Shown here: piece by piece, positions 12,404 through 22,572 of the stretch
Layout of the letters: the number at the start of each line of letters is the position of its first letter
How positions within the stretch are numbered: the first letter of the stretch is position 1
From: an uncultured Nitrospiraceae bacterium
GTDB taxonomy: Bacteria > Nitrospirota > Thermodesulfovibrionia > Thermodesulfovibrionales > Dissulfurispiraceae
Length of the DNA: 64,000 nucleotides
Direction of reading: 5' to 3'
NCBI GenBank assembly: GCA_963727805.1
Contig: CAVSHF010000003.1
Coordinates: forward strand, 320,001 to 384,000
The notes under the pieces: model-generated
Databases searched by the model: none
What the model was told of the DNA's origin: nothing
Seen by the model: the letters and a program-made list of their open reading frames with translations, nothing else
Translations under genes and position numbers: made by a program

Positions 12404-13630
12404 ATGATTAAACCAACACAAAAAAGACTTACTATCATATTTACAACCATCATCGTTGTCTTTAATGCCCTCATTCTGGCGATCACCTTTGAGACCCTTA
12501 ATCGCAGCATGATCAAAAGTTTGAAGAGCCATATTAACAATGATGTGAGGGATGAATTTGTTGCTTATGTGAGGACTGGTGACTTTAATACTCTCGAAAG
12601 CATGAGGGAAGACGAAGTGTTTCAGGTATACAACAAAGATGGGCTTATGGTGAGCGGCACGGTTAAATTTCGCAGTTTTGATCTTGCTGTCGATCGTCAA
12701 TTACTAGCGGCGGCCTTTTCGGGCAAGCAAGAATATAGCACCGAAAAATATGGCGGTCACCGGTACTTGGTGTCATATATACCAATTAACGAAAGGTATG
12801 CTGGCAGGGTGTCATTGGCACTCACGGAGTTGGTTGGATATGAAAGAAATTTCTGGAGTCTTGTTATGCTAATGCTTCCGATCATGTTGGTTGTGTCATA
12901 CTTTGTCAGTAGGTATTTGGTTCGTCAGGCCATGAAACCTATTGCCGATGTTTTCACCTTTCAGGAGAACTTCTCCTCAAATGTCACACATGAACTTCGC
13001 TCACCGTTGGCTTCCCTCAAGGGAAACCTTGAAGTTGCCCTGAGGAAGGAAAGAAACGCAGATGAATACAGGGAGACCCTGCGATTGGGGCTGAAAGAGG
13101 TGAATCGCATCGTCGACCTGATCAACAACCTTTACATGCTTGCTTCATCAAAGTTCAAACCCCTTGATCTTCTGAAGAAGGAGGCTAATATCAGCGAGAT
13201 GATCGAGGAAATAGTTGAAGCGCGCAAGCCCGATATTCTTGCGAAACAAATTGAATTGGACTTGGCAGGTATAAGCACGGTTACGTGTATGTGCGACCAA
13301 GGTCTCATGAGGCGGGCTATCGATAACCTCATCGATAATGCGATAAAGTATACCCCGAATGGGGGTAAAATAAAGATCGGACTGGCAAAAAAGGAAAATT
13401 GCTTTAATTTCACCATCTCAAATACCTGCGAGAACATTAACAGGGATGAGATCGTGAACTTTTTTGAGCCTTTTTATCGGGGCGAGAACGCAATCAGTCG
13501 CAGTATTGATGGGAAGGGTCTAGGTCTGTATATTGCGCGTTATATCATTCGCTCGCATGGCGGAGATATAACCATCAAGACCTCCGAAGACAACGTCTGC
13601 ACGTTCGAAATATCGCGCTGCGGCAATTAG
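12404..13630 (+). CDS. Membrane sensor histidine kinase
   Basis: Two TM segments, H box THELRSPL, N box NLIDNAIKY, FEPFYRG, GLGLYIA. Confidence 0.9.
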   Translation: MIKPTQKRLTIIFTTIIVVFNALILAITFETLNRSMIKSLKSHINNDVRDEFVAYVRTGDFNTLESMREDEVFQVYNKDGLMVSGTVKFRSFDLAVDRQLLAAAFSGKQEYSTEKYGGHRYLVSYIPINERYAGRVSLALTELVGYERNFWSLVMLMLPIMLVVSYFVSRYLVRQAMKPIADVFTFQENFSSNVTHELRSPLASLKGNLEVALRKERNADEYRETLRLGLKEVNRIVDLINNLYMLASSKFKPLDLLKKEANISEMIEEIVEARKPDILAKQIELDLAGISTVTCMCDQGLMRRAIDNLIDNAIKYTPNGGKIKIGLAKKENCFNFTISNTCENINRDEIVNFFEPFYRGENAISRSIDGKGLGLYIARYIIRSHGGDITIKTSEDNVCTFEISRCGN

Positions 13631-13684
13631 CGTTTTCGCGTGTTTTCGTTGACAACCTTGAATATTATATTATATATTTAAATA

Positions 13685-13772
13685 ACCCTGGGGGAGGTAT
13701 TAACCTGAGAGTTTCCCGATTTGGGAAAGACCCCTGAACCTGATCCGGATAATTCCGGCGTAGGAAACGGGA
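13685..13772 (+). ncRNA. TPP riboswitch aptamer
   Basis: GGGGAG...CTGAGA...ACCCCTGAACCTGATCCGGATAATTCCGGCGTAGGAA conserved core; directly upstream of thi genes; TTGACA at 13649. Confidence 0.95.
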
Positions 13773-13787
13773 TAGCGAGAGGCAATC

Positions 13788-13825
13788 AGCCTCTATTCCA
13801 TCCAGGGATAGAGGTTTTTTTATTT
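13788..13825 (+). terminator. Terminator of the TPP riboswitch expression platform
   Basis: AGCCTCTATTCC-ATCCA-GGGATAGAGGTT followed by T-tract, before the thiS SD. Confidence 0.8.
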
Positions 13826-13838
13826 CCGGAGAGGAGCT

Positions 13839-14036
13839 ATGAACCTTAAAGTGAATGGCGAAGAGCGACAGTCTGAAAAACGGACGTTGGCCGAACTTCT
13901 TGAAGAGTTGGAAATCATGCCCGAGCGGGTTGCTGTCGAGGTCAACCTGAAGATCATAAAAAAAGCCGACCATGACAGGTATCAATTAAGTGAAGGGGAT
14001 GTCATTGAGATAGTGAATTTTGTCGGCGGCGGATGA
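13839..14036 (+). CDS. thiS: Sulfur carrier protein ThiS
   Basis: 65 aa, VNGE, VAVEVN, GD.IEIV.FVGGG C-terminus. Confidence 0.95.
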   Translation: MNLKVNGEERQSEKRTLAELLEELEIMPERVAVEVNLKIIKKADHDRYQLSEGDVIEIVNFVGGG

Positions 14037-14109
14037 GTGCCGGACTACGCGCCTTTTAAAAAGTATGGGCGAGGAGGGGGCAAGCGAGCCCACGATAATT
14101 GGAGGGGAT

Positions 14110-14883
14110 ATGCAAAAGGATAAGTTTGTCATCAGAGACATTGAGTTTAAGTCGCGTTTCTGGATTGGCACAGGCAAGTACAGGGACTTCGAAGAGACTA
14201 CCAGGGTCATCGAGGCTTCGGGGGCTGATGTCGTTACGGTCGCCGTCCGAAGGATCAATATAACTGATAGGAACTCACCCAATCTTCTCGATTTTATCGA
14301 TCCGAAGAAATTTAAGATACTTCCCAATACAGCCGGATGTTACAATGTTGAAGACGCCCTGAGATATTCGCGCCTCGCCAGGGAGTCCGGGGTGTCTGAT
14401 ATGATTAAGCTCGAGGTGATAGGCGATGAAAAGACCTTATTCCCTGATACGATAGGTCTTTTAAAGGCCACCGAGATCCTCGCGAAAGAGGGGTTCATTG
14501 TATTTCCTTATACAAATGATGATCCCATAATGGCAAAAAGGCTTGAAGATGCCGGTGCCGCTGCGGTTATGCCACTTGGTGCGCCAATTGGTTCGGGTTT
14601 GGGCATCCGCAACCCATACAACATTAAGATAATTCTTGAAGGTGCGAATGTCCCCGTGATTGTCGATGCAGGAGTTGGCACTGCTTCTGACGCGGCCATA
14701 GCAATGGAGCTTGGATGTGACGCTGTACTGATAAACACCGCCGTCGCTGGAGCGAAAAACCCGGTGTCAATGGCAGAGGCTATAAAATATGCGGTCTGGG
14801 CCGGGAGACTAGCTTATAAAGCTGGACGAATACCCAGAAAGCTTTATGCCACAGCGAGCAGTCCACTTGAAGGAATGCTTTAG
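14110..14883 (+). CDS. thiG: Thiazole synthase
   Basis: [48 protein letters not shown] before ATG 14110. Confidence 0.96.
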   Translation: MQKDKFVIRDIEFKSRFWIGTGKYRDFEETTRVIEASGADVVTVAVRRINITDRNSPNLLDFIDPKKFKILPNTAGCYNVEDALRYSRLARESGVSDMIKLEVIGDEKTLFPDTIGLLKATEILAKEGFIVFPYTNDDPIMAKRLEDAGAAAVMPLGAPIGSGLGIRNPYNIKIILEGANVPVIVDAGVGTASDAAIAMELGCDAVLINTAVAGAKNPVSMAEAIKYAVWAGRLAYKAGRIPRKLYATASSPLEGML

Positions 14884-14897
14884 GATAACATTTAAAA

Positions 14898-15536
14898 GTG
14901 ATTGAATTTAGGTTGTATTTGATAACCGACAGAAGGCTTTTCTCTGCGGAGCATGACTTCACAAGAGCAGTTGAAGAGGCGCTTTCCGCAGGGGTTCGTG
15001 CGGTGCAACTGAGGGAGAAAGACCTTCCGACAAGGGATCTGCTTGAAATGGCAGAAAGGTTTAGGGAGATAACAGGGCGTTATAATGCGAAGCTATTTAT
15101 TAATGACAGGCTCGATATCGCATTAAGCGTCGAGGCTGATGGCGTCCATCTTGGACAATCGGGCATTCCTGTCCCTGCGGTGAGGGACGTCGTGAAGAAT
15201 AAGTTATTGATCGGTTGTTCAGCGCATTCGATAAGAGAAGCGTTAGAAGCAGAAGGGGGGGGCACCGATTTTATCACCTTCGGGCCGCTTTTTCATACAC
15301 CGTCAAAGCTGAAGTATGGAGAACCGCTTGGCTTGGAGGCACTGCGCGAGCTCAGTAAAAAGATTACCGTGCCGATTTTCGGTATTGGCGGAATAAAATC
15401 AGACAATATCAAAGATGTACTCGACGCTGGGGCAACAGGAGTAGCCCTGATAAGAGGCATCCTTGAAGGGCCCACCGGTCTAAATAGATCGGCTTCGGCC
15501 AGCGAGTATTTGACAAAGGTTGGTGAACTAAGATGA
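14898..15536 (+). CDS. thiE: Thiamine phosphate synthase
   Basis: LYLITD, VQLREK, INDR.D, DGVHLGQ, GPLF.T.SK, IGGI. Confidence 0.93.
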   Translation: MIEFRLYLITDRRLFSAEHDFTRAVEEALSAGVRAVQLREKDLPTRDLLEMAERFREITGRYNAKLFINDRLDIALSVEADGVHLGQSGIPVPAVRDVVKNKLLIGCSAHSIREALEAEGGGTDFITFGPLFHTPSKLKYGEPLGLEALRELSKKITVPIFGIGGIKSDNIKDVLDAGATGVALIRGILEGPTGLNRSASASEYLTKVGELR

Positions 15537-16816
15537 CCAGGATTGAACAGGCCCTGAAGGGGATCCTCACGCAAGAAATGAAGGTGGTCGCTGCAGACGA
15601 AGGAATTGCTGCTGAAAAACTAGCCTCCGATATCGGGCAGGGAGTGTCTGTTATAACTCGTAATATTCGACATGATATTAGGCCACTTGGGATAGGAAAG
15701 GGGCTTAGCACCAAAATCAATGCGAATATTGGAACTTCGAAAGATAGGATATCCTTCGATGAAGAGCTCCGGAAGCTGGAGGTCCTAGTTGAATACGGAG
15801 CTGATGCAGTGATGGATCTTTCCACTGGTGGTGCGATCAGGGATTTACGGAAAACGCTGATTGCCAAGTCTCCTATTGCCGTTGGGACGGTACCGATCTA
15901 CGATGCTATTGTGCGCACTGTTGAGCGCTATGGATCGATAGCAAAAATGACGGTCGATGAACTTTTTGAGGTTATAGAAGACCATGCCAAAGACGGCGTT
16001 GATTTTGTAACGGTACACTGCGGGGTAACCTTAAAAGCGATAGAGCGTCTCCGTGAAGACAGACGTATTCTCGATGTGGTAAGCAGGGGAGGGGCATTCC
16101 TACTTGAATGGATGATTTATAACGAAAGGGAAAACCCGTTATTTGAACAGTACGAAAGGCTCATTGAAATCGCTAAGAAATATGATGTTACTCTGAGCCT
16201 GGGTGACGGGTTCAGGCCGGGATGCATTGCCGACGCTACCGATAGAAGCCAGCTCGAAGAACTGATTACACTAGGGGAGTTGCGGGACAGAGCACTCGCT
16301 GCTGGTGTGCAATCTATCATTGAAGGGCCGGGACATGTTCCTTTGAATCAGGTTGAGCTGAATATCAAACTTCAGAAAGAAATCTGCAAAGGGGCACCTT
16401 TCTATGTACTTGGGCCGTTGGTGACCGATATTGCTATGGGCTATGATCACATTGCTGCTGCTATCGGGGGAGCTATAGCTGGGGCGGCAGGTGCTGATTT
16501 TCTCTGTTATGTTACCCCGGCAGAGCACATTCGTCTTCCCAATATCGAAGACGTCAGGGAAGGGGTAATCGCATCCAAGATAGCTGGTCATGCTGCAGAC
16601 ATCGCAAAAGGTATACCGAGTGCAATGGAGAAGGATAGGCAGATGGCCCAATGCCGAAAGAACCTCGACTGGGAGGGGCAGATATCTCACAGCTTCAATC
16701 CTGCCAGGGTGAGGGCATGGAGGGGAGAGGTGCCGCCGTCAGTCTCAGAGGTGTGCAGTATGTGCGGAGAGTTCTGTGCTATCAAGACGGTGGAGAGGGC
16801 GCTCCAGAGAAAATAG
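15533..16816 (+). CDS. thiC: Phosphomethylpyrimidine synthase (short form)
   Basis: KINANIGTS, MDLSTGG, GTVPIY, VSRGG, LGDG.RPG, EGPGHVP, YVTPAEH, CSMCGEFC. Confidence 0.96.
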   Translation: MTRIEQALKGILTQEMKVVAADEGIAAEKLASDIGQGVSVITRNIRHDIRPLGIGKGLSTKINANIGTSKDRISFDEELRKLEVLVEYGADAVMDLSTGGAIRDLRKTLIAKSPIAVGTVPIYDAIVRTVERYGSIAKMTVDELFEVIEDHAKDGVDFVTVHCGVTLKAIERLREDRRILDVVSRGGAFLLEWMIYNERENPLFEQYERLIEIAKKYDVTLSLGDGFRPGCIADATDRSQLEELITLGELRDRALAAGVQSIIEGPGHVPLNQVELNIKLQKEICKGAPFYVLGPLVTDIAMGYDHIAAAIGGAIAGAAGADFLCYVTPAEHIRLPNIEDVREGVIASKIAGHAADIAKGIPSAMEKDRQMAQCRKNLDWEGQISHSFNPARVRAWRGEVPPSVSEVCSMCGEFCAIKTVERALQRK

Positions 16817-16905
16817 ATCATATCCATTGCCTTGGCCGCTCGCGCTCCCTTGAGAGCTCAGGCATAGCTTTTAGGTACCGGCCACTTCGACATGTTATTG
16901 AATTG

Positions 16906-17454
16906 TCAGGATTCTTTGAAGAATCTGAGCCAGTCATCGAACTGCTTCAACTTATCCTCGCCGTAGCGAACGACCATTTCCCTGACCTGCGCAATCGGGC
17001 GCTCAACGGTGAGGGTTGTTTTATCTTTTGAATAGAACTTATCAGCGAAACAGATGATTTGCTCTTCGAGACTTAACGGTATCATATCACGCCTCGGCAA
17101 AGGGAAACCGTTAATGTCGATATCTTCGACCGTCAACCCGATGCCGACGTGCCTTTCACACACAAGAGCGTGGGCATCCAAGCCCTCTCTTTCGAGAAGC
17201 TCCCGACCCAGATATCCATGTGAGATATAGGGTTGTGTACCGAAGCATCCTATCTTGGGAAGGTTGGTATTGAATATGCCTATATCATGTAACAAGGCCG
17301 CCTCTTCAATAAAGCCTAAGTCGGGATCCAGACCGTGCATGCGCTTGGCGACTTCGATGGCTTTCCGGGCGACAGCCTTCCCATGTTCTATCAGGAAAAA
17401 ATAAGCCTCCGATCCGGGTTCGTAATACTTCTCTATTATCATAATCACGTCCAT
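16906..17454 (-). CDS. HDIG-domain metal-dependent phosphohydrolase
   Basis: H...ALLHDIG, HG.LG, CERHVG.G, ADKFYSK. Confidence 0.85.
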   Translation of the reverse strand: MDVIMIIEKYYEPGSEAYFFLIEHGKAVARKAIEVAKRMHGLDPDLGFIEEAALLHDIGIFNTNLPKIGCFGTQPYISHGYLGRELLEREGLDAHALVCERHVGIGLTVEDIDINGFPLPRRDMIPLSLEEQIICFADKFYSKDKTTLTVERPIAQVREMVVRYGEDKLKQFDDWLRFFKES

Positions 17455-17586
17455 AAATTATTATAACAATACGGCTGCAAACCGGTCATTCCTTCATCGA
17501 CACTGTTGTAATAAGCATATTTTGACTATATACTCCAAAAAGATATCCCTATTAGCTAATATTTTTACTGATAATTTGGGAGAGAT

Positions 17587-19284
17587 GTGGAACTTACCGA
17601 AAATGCGCTGAAGGTTTTGAGGGCACGTTACCTTCTGAAAGACCCGGCTGGAAACGTGATCGAGACGCCAGATGAAATGTTCAGGCGCATGGCCCAAAAT
17701 ATCGCTGCGGCGGAAAATCTATACAGTGGAGATGCAGCTCTGTGGGAGAAGAAATTCTTCGATATTCTCTCTTCCCTTAAATTCTTGCCGAACTCACCCA
17801 CTATCATGAACGCAGGCAAATCGATGGGGCAACTAGCTGCCTGTTTCGTTCTTCCAGTAGAGGACTCGATGAAGAGTATTTTCGATACCCTGAAGAACGC
17901 AGCCCTGATCCTTCAGAGCGGCGGCGGCACGGGATTTTCCTTCTCTAAATTGAGGCCGAAATCTGACATCGTAAAATCCACGGGAGGGGTTGCCAGTGGA
18001 CCTGTCTCTTTTATGAAGATATATAATGCAGCGACGGACGTCATAAAGCAGGGCGGGGCGCGGAGGGGAGCTAACATGGGCATCCTGAGGGTAGACCACC
18101 CGGATATCCTTGAGTTCATAAGGCTGAAGAGAAAGAGCGGAGAGCTGAATAATTTTAATCTTTCGGTAGCTGTAACCGATGCCTTTATGCGGGCTGTGAA
18201 CGATGATACTTTTTATGAACTGGTTAATCCCAGGTCTGCAAGGGCTACAAGCCGGGTAAAGGCGCGTGATGTTTTTAATGAGATTGTCGAGTCAGCGTGG
18301 TTGACTGGCGATCCCGGTCTTGTCTTCATTGACAGAATAAACAAGTCAAATCCGACGCCCCATATGGGTCAGTTTGACAGCACCAACCCGTGCGGTGAAC
18401 AGCCGCTCCTGCCTTTCGAGGCGTGCATTCTTGGTTCTCTAAATCTTTCGAAGTACGTCGTGGGCGAAGAGATCGATTATGTATCTCTGGGAAATGATAC
18501 GGTAACAGCAGTTAGGTTTCTTGATAATGCCATCGATGTAAATGTCTATCCGTTGCATGAGATAGAAAAGATGCATAAGGGCAATAGAAAGATAGGACTG
18601 GGCGTAATGGGCTGGGCTGATATGCTTATTATGCTGGGGCTGACGTATAATCAGAAAAAATCTTATGACCTCGCCCGTAAGGTAATGCATTTTGTAAGTG
18701 AACAGGCGAAGGTAGCCTCTGTACATCTCGCAGAGGAGCGTGGAGTATTTCCGAATTTCAAGGGTTCTATTTATGATGTTCCAGGCATGCCAAGGGTTAG
18801 AAATGCGACCCTTACAACAATAGCCCCTACAGGGACCCTTTCTATTATCGCCGGTTGTTCCAGTGGTATCGAACCGCTTTTTGCGGTTGCATACAAAAGA
18901 CTCGTCCTCGATTCTCACCTCTTCGAAGTACATCGTATATTCATAGAGATGGCCAAGCAGGAGGGTTATTATTCAGATGCAATCATGAGCCGGGTCTATA
19001 AAAAAGGTAACCTTAAGGGGATAAAGGAAATACCGCTAAAAATTCGGAGGCTTTTCAGGACAGCCCTTGAAATACCGCCGGAGGACCACCTTGAAATGCA
19101 AGCAGCCTTTCAGGAAAACATCGACAACGCAGTATCGAAAACGATAAACATGCCCAACAACTCTAAGAGGGGGGATGTCGCAAGAATATACATTCTCGCC
19201 TATGAAAAGGGGCTTAAGGGAATCACGATTTTTCGCTATGGGTCAAAATTGGGCACAATGGTCAGGTTTCCGGACGTCGATTGA
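17587..19284 (+). CDS. nrdJ: Adenosylcobalamin-dependent (class II) ribonucleotide reductase, short form
   Basis: FLPNSPT.MNAG, LAACFV, GGGTG, RRGANMG, TNPCGEQPL, C.LGS.NL, TIAPTGT, SKTIN, KG.TIFR.GS; no nrdB nearby. Confidence 0.88.
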   Translation: MELTENALKVLRARYLLKDPAGNVIETPDEMFRRMAQNIAAAENLYSGDAALWEKKFFDILSSLKFLPNSPTIMNAGKSMGQLAACFVLPVEDSMKSIFDTLKNAALILQSGGGTGFSFSKLRPKSDIVKSTGGVASGPVSFMKIYNAATDVIKQGGARRGANMGILRVDHPDILEFIRLKRKSGELNNFNLSVAVTDAFMRAVNDDTFYELVNPRSARATSRVKARDVFNEIVESAWLTGDPGLVFIDRINKSNPTPHMGQFDSTNPCGEQPLLPFEACILGSLNLSKYVVGEEIDYVSLGNDTVTAVRFLDNAIDVNVYPLHEIEKMHKGNRKIGLGVMGWADMLIMLGLTYNQKKSYDLARKVMHFVSEQAKVASVHLAEERGVFPNFKGSIYDVPGMPRVRNATLTTIAPTGTLSIIAGCSSGIEPLFAVAYKRLVLDSHLFEVHRIFIEMAKQEGYYSDAIMSRVYKKGNLKGIKEIPLKIRRLFRTALEIPPEDHLEMQAAFQENIDNAVSKTINMPNNSKRGDVARIYILAYEKGLKGITIFRYGSKLGTMVRFPDVD

Positions 19285-19396
19285 GGGCCAGAAGAATCCG
19301 ATCATATTTACCGAACGTTTAGTAGAATCATGTTATTATAATGTCGCTGACCGCCGTTCATACTGCTTCGATTTCTAGCATGATGGGAGGACCTAT

Positions 19397-20113
19397 ATGA
19401 TACTCGGTGTCAATGTTGACCATGTCGCCACTGTTCGGCAGGCCCGCCGGGGCCTTGAGCCTGATCCGGTAACGGCTGCGGCACTTGCTCTTCTTGGAGG
19501 GGCCGACGGAATCACCGTGCATTTGAGGGAAGACAGACGGCATATTCAGGATAGAGATGTAAAGATGCTACGAGAAACTGTTACATGTGAATTGAATCTC
19601 GAAATGGCAGCCACGCAAGAGATGGTGCGCATTGCCCTTGAGGTCAGACCGGAAATGGTAACTCTGGTTCCCGAAAAGAGGCTTGAGCTTACGACCGAGG
19701 GCGGTCTCGATGTCATCGGACAAAAAGAGCATATCAGGGAAACCGTTACGAAGCTGCATGAGGCCGGGATTCCGGTCAGTCTCTTCATCAATCCAAACAT
19801 CCTGGATGTCGATGTCTCGAAGGAAACTGGTGCAGACATGATCGAACTCCATACCGGTCTTTATGCCAATGCAATAGGTGTAAGGGCAAATGATGAACTC
19901 CACAGGGTTATTGAAGCTGTAAAAATCGCAGGGGACCTTGGCCTTTCGGTTAACGCCGGACACGGCCTCAATTATGTGAATGTCCGTGGAATTGCTTCGA
20001 TAGAAGGCCTCAGGGGCTTATATATAGGCCACAGCATTGTATCGAGGGCTGTGCTTGTTGGTATCGAACGTTCAGTAAGAGAGATGAAATATCTGATTGA
20101 GAAGTGCAGATGA
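19397..20113 (+). CDS. pdxJ: Pyridoxine 5'-phosphate synthase
   Basis: [43 protein letters not shown]. Confidence 0.97.
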   Translation: MILGVNVDHVATVRQARRGLEPDPVTAAALALLGGADGITVHLREDRRHIQDRDVKMLRETVTCELNLEMAATQEMVRIALEVRPEMVTLVPEKRLELTTEGGLDVIGQKEHIRETVTKLHEAGIPVSLFINPNILDVDVSKETGADMIELHTGLYANAIGVRANDELHRVIEAVKIAGDLGLSVNAGHGLNYVNVRGIASIEGLRGLYIGHSIVSRAVLVGIERSVREMKYLIEKCR

Positions 20114-20487
20114 TCTGCGGCATAGGCACGGACATCTCTGAGATTAGGCGTATGCGAGAAGCGGTCGATAAATGGGGAAGGAAGTTCCTCAAGCGTATTT
20201 TCAGTGACAAGGAAATCGACTACTGTTACTCCAGGCGAGATCCTTACCCTCACCTATCGGCCCGCTTCGCCGCCAAAGAAGCGACGGTTAAGGCGTTGTC
20301 ATGCGTAGCAAAGGACCGTCATATATATGTTGGCGATATTGAGGTGCTCAACGAGACCTCCGGCAGGCCTTACATTATTCTTGGTGATGATATGAAGGGT
20401 ATAGTCGGCAACATCATCCTTCATCTAACTATTTCTCACGAGAGAAACTACGCCTTGGCGACAGTCATTGCTGAGCAGCTTGATTGA
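20110..20487 (+). CDS. acpS: Holo-[acyl-carrier-protein] synthase
   Basis: GIGTDI, RFAAKEA..KA, ISHE; ATGA overlap with pdxJ. Confidence 0.93.
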   Translation: MICGIGTDISEIRRMREAVDKWGRKFLKRIFSDKEIDYCYSRRDPYPHLSARFAAKEATVKALSCVAKDRHIYVGDIEVLNETSGRPYIILGDDMKGIVGNIILHLTISHERNYALATVIAEQLD

Positions 20488-20533
20488 TCGTCCTGTCTTA
20501 ATCCGGCTGCCTCTAGAGCTTGCTGCTATATGC

Positions 20534-20563
20534 TTGAAATAATGGCGAAATAAAGGGTATAAT
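20534..20563 (+). promoter_or_regulatory. Putative sigma-70 promoter for etfBA-fabD
   Basis: TTGAAA-N18-TATAAT about 40 nt before the etfB GTG. Confidence 0.55.
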
Positions 20564-20605
20564 TTTAATTCAGTTTTGAGATTTCGGCAGAAGGGGAGGT
20601 TTTCT

Positions 20606-21388
20606 GTGAATTGTATTGTTTGTATAAAACAGGTGCCTGATACCGCTGAGGTGCGGATAAATCCAGAGACCAATACGCTCATCAGGGAAGGTGTTCCGAG
20701 TATCATAAATCCCTTTGATCTCCATGCTGTCGAGGCAGCCCTTCAGGTCCGCGAAAAGGTCGGAGGAAAGGTTACCGTTATTACTATGGGACCACCTCAG
20801 GCCGAAGATGCTCTCAGGGAAGCGGTTTCGATGGGCGTTGACGAAGTCAGGCTCATATCCGACAGGGCCTTTGCCGGTTCAGATACTTGGGCTACATCAT
20901 ATACTCTTTCAAAAGCAATTGAGAAACTTGGATTCGATATCATATTTTGCGGAAAGCAGGCTATCGATGGGGACACTGCTCAGGTAGGTCCGGAAATAGC
21001 GGAATTCCTTAATATCCCGCACATAGCTTATGTAAAGAAGGTCGAAGATATAGGCGCAAGTTCCGTCAAGGTTCATCGCCTTATGGACGATGGATATGAT
21101 GTTGTGGAATCGACAGTGCCGGTGCTTCTCACCGTGGTCAAGGAGATTAATACGCCACGTCTTCCTTCATTAAAGGGAAAGATGGCTGCTAAGAAGGCGA
21201 TAATCACAAAGATGGATGCCCATGCTATTGGAGCAGAGGAAGAGAATCTCGGACTAAAAGGGTCACCGACCCAGGTGAAGAACATTTTTGCTCCTCAATC
21301 GAAGGTTAACAGAAAGGCCCTTGAAGGGACCCTTGAACAGCAGGTGGATGCGCTGCTCGAAGAGTTGAGGAGAATGAAATGCGTATAA
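20606..21388 (+). CDS. etfB: Electron transfer flavoprotein beta subunit
   Basis: VCIKQVPD, INPFD, TMGPPQA, FAGSDT.AT, CGKQAIDGDTAQVG, GL.GSPT.V; SD GGAGG before GTG 20606. Confidence 0.94.
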   Translation: MNCIVCIKQVPDTAEVRINPETNTLIREGVPSIINPFDLHAVEAALQVREKVGGKVTVITMGPPQAEDALREAVSMGVDEVRLISDRAFAGSDTWATSYTLSKAIEKLGFDIIFCGKQAIDGDTAQVGPEIAEFLNIPHIAYVKKVEDIGASSVKVHRLMDDGYDVVESTVPVLLTVVKEINTPRLPSLKGKMAAKKAIITKMDAHAIGAEEENLGLKGSPTQVKNIFAPQSKVNRKALEGTLEQQVDALLEELRRMKCV

Positions 21389-22572
21389 TTATCAGAACTG
21401 AAAAGTGCTCTGGTTGTGGCGAATGCGTTAGTTCGTGCCCATATACCGCTATAGAGATAAAAGATAACAAGGCTTCTATTAACGAATATTGCAACTTCTG
21501 CAGCACCTGCCTTAATGTCTGCCCCGAAGGCGCCATCGTCGAGATTGCAGAGGAAGGGGATGTAAAGGAAACAGCTGATCTTTCGTCCTATAAGGGTGTC
21601 TGGACTTTTGCTGAGCAGAGGGAAGGTAAGCTAGCTTCGGTGGCGTTGGAACTTCTGGGAGAGGGTCGAAAGCTAGCCGATCAGCGAAAGGCAGAGCTTT
21701 CAGCGGTCCTTTTCGGTGCAGATGAACACGAGGCGCAGGAGTTGATCAAATGGGGTGCCGACAAAGTATATCATGTAGCTGATCCTGCCCTCACGAGGTT
21801 CAATGACGAACCGTATTCTCAGCTTCTCATCAGGCTTGTCAGACAGTATAAACCCGAGATTGTCCTGGCCGGTGCGACTGCGATAGGCCGATCATTTGTT
21901 CCGAGGGTTGCTGGAAAATTGAAGACAGGATTAACGGCGGATTGTACTGCACTTGAAATTGATGAGGATTCCGGAAATCTCTTACAGATAAGGCCGGCGT
22001 TCGGTGGCAATATTATGGCCACTATCCTTTGCCCTAATTACAGACCTCAGATCGCTACGGTCAGGCCGAGGGTCATGAAAAAGGGCATCTATGATCCTGC
22101 TAGAAATGGAAAGATAATATCAGTTTCTGCAGACGGTATCACTTCAAGGACAAAGGTACTTGAAGTCGTGCAGGAGACTTCCGAATGTATGGTAAATCTT
22201 CAGGATGCTGAGATAATAGTCTCCGGCGGCAGAGGACTTGGCGACACGAAGGGATTTGAACTTATCAGAGAACTTGCTGAGCTCCTGGGTGGAGCTGTCG
22301 GTGCCTCGCGCGCTGCTGTCGACGAGGGATGGATACCTTATCGGCATCAGGTGGGACAGACGGGCAAGACTGTCTGCCCGAAGATCTATATCGCCTGCGG
22401 AATTTCAGGTGCTGTACAGCACCTCGTTGGCATGCAATCTTCTGATATTATCATTGCCATCAACAAGAACGCGGAGGCTCCTATTTTTAATGTGGCGACT
22501 TATGGCATAGTTGGAGATATTTATGAAGTGCTTCCAATGATGATCAGGAAATTAAAAGAGGGCAAGGCATAG
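21379..22572 (+). CDS. etfA: Electron transfer flavoprotein alpha subunit with N-terminal 2x[4Fe-4S] ferredoxin domain
   Basis: Two CxxCxxCxxxCP motifs, then GLTADCT, RPAFGGN, SGGRG, GASR, QVGQTG, GISGA.QH. Confidence 0.94.
   Translation: MRIIIRTEKCSGCGECVSSCPYTAIEIKDNKASINEYCNFCSTCLNVCPEGAIVEIAEEGDVKETADLSSYKGVWTFAEQREGKLASVALELLGEGRKLADQRKAELSAVLFGADEHEAQELIKWGADKVYHVADPALTRFNDEPYSQLLIRLVRQYKPEIVLAGATAIGRSFVPRVAGKLKTGLTADCTALEIDEDSGNLLQIRPAFGGNIMATILCPNYRPQIATVRPRVMKKGIYDPARNGKIISVSADGITSRTKVLEVVQETSECMVNLQDAEIIVSGGRGLGDTKGFELIRELAELLGGAVGASRAAVDEGWIPYRHQVGQTGKTVCPKIYIACGISGAVQHLVGMQSSDIIIAINKNAEAPIFNVATYGIVGDIYEVLPMMIRKLKEGKA

Noticed and set aside
14020..14109. ThiS-ThiG fusion or N-terminally extended ThiG
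   Set aside because: thiS and thiG are in different frames, thiS ends in the canonical Gly-Gly, and thiG has its own SD and ATG at 14110.
17455..17586. NrdR boxes or cobalamin riboswitch upstream of nrdJ
   Set aside because: No convincing tandem NrdR palindromes; the spacer is short and lacks a B12 box.
19175..19378. Frameshift or UGA read-through supplying a Cys tail to NrdJ (an alternative-frame ORF ends with two Cys)
   Set aside because: No slippery site or SECIS-like hairpin recognised, and the region looks like the pdxJ promoter; probably chance.
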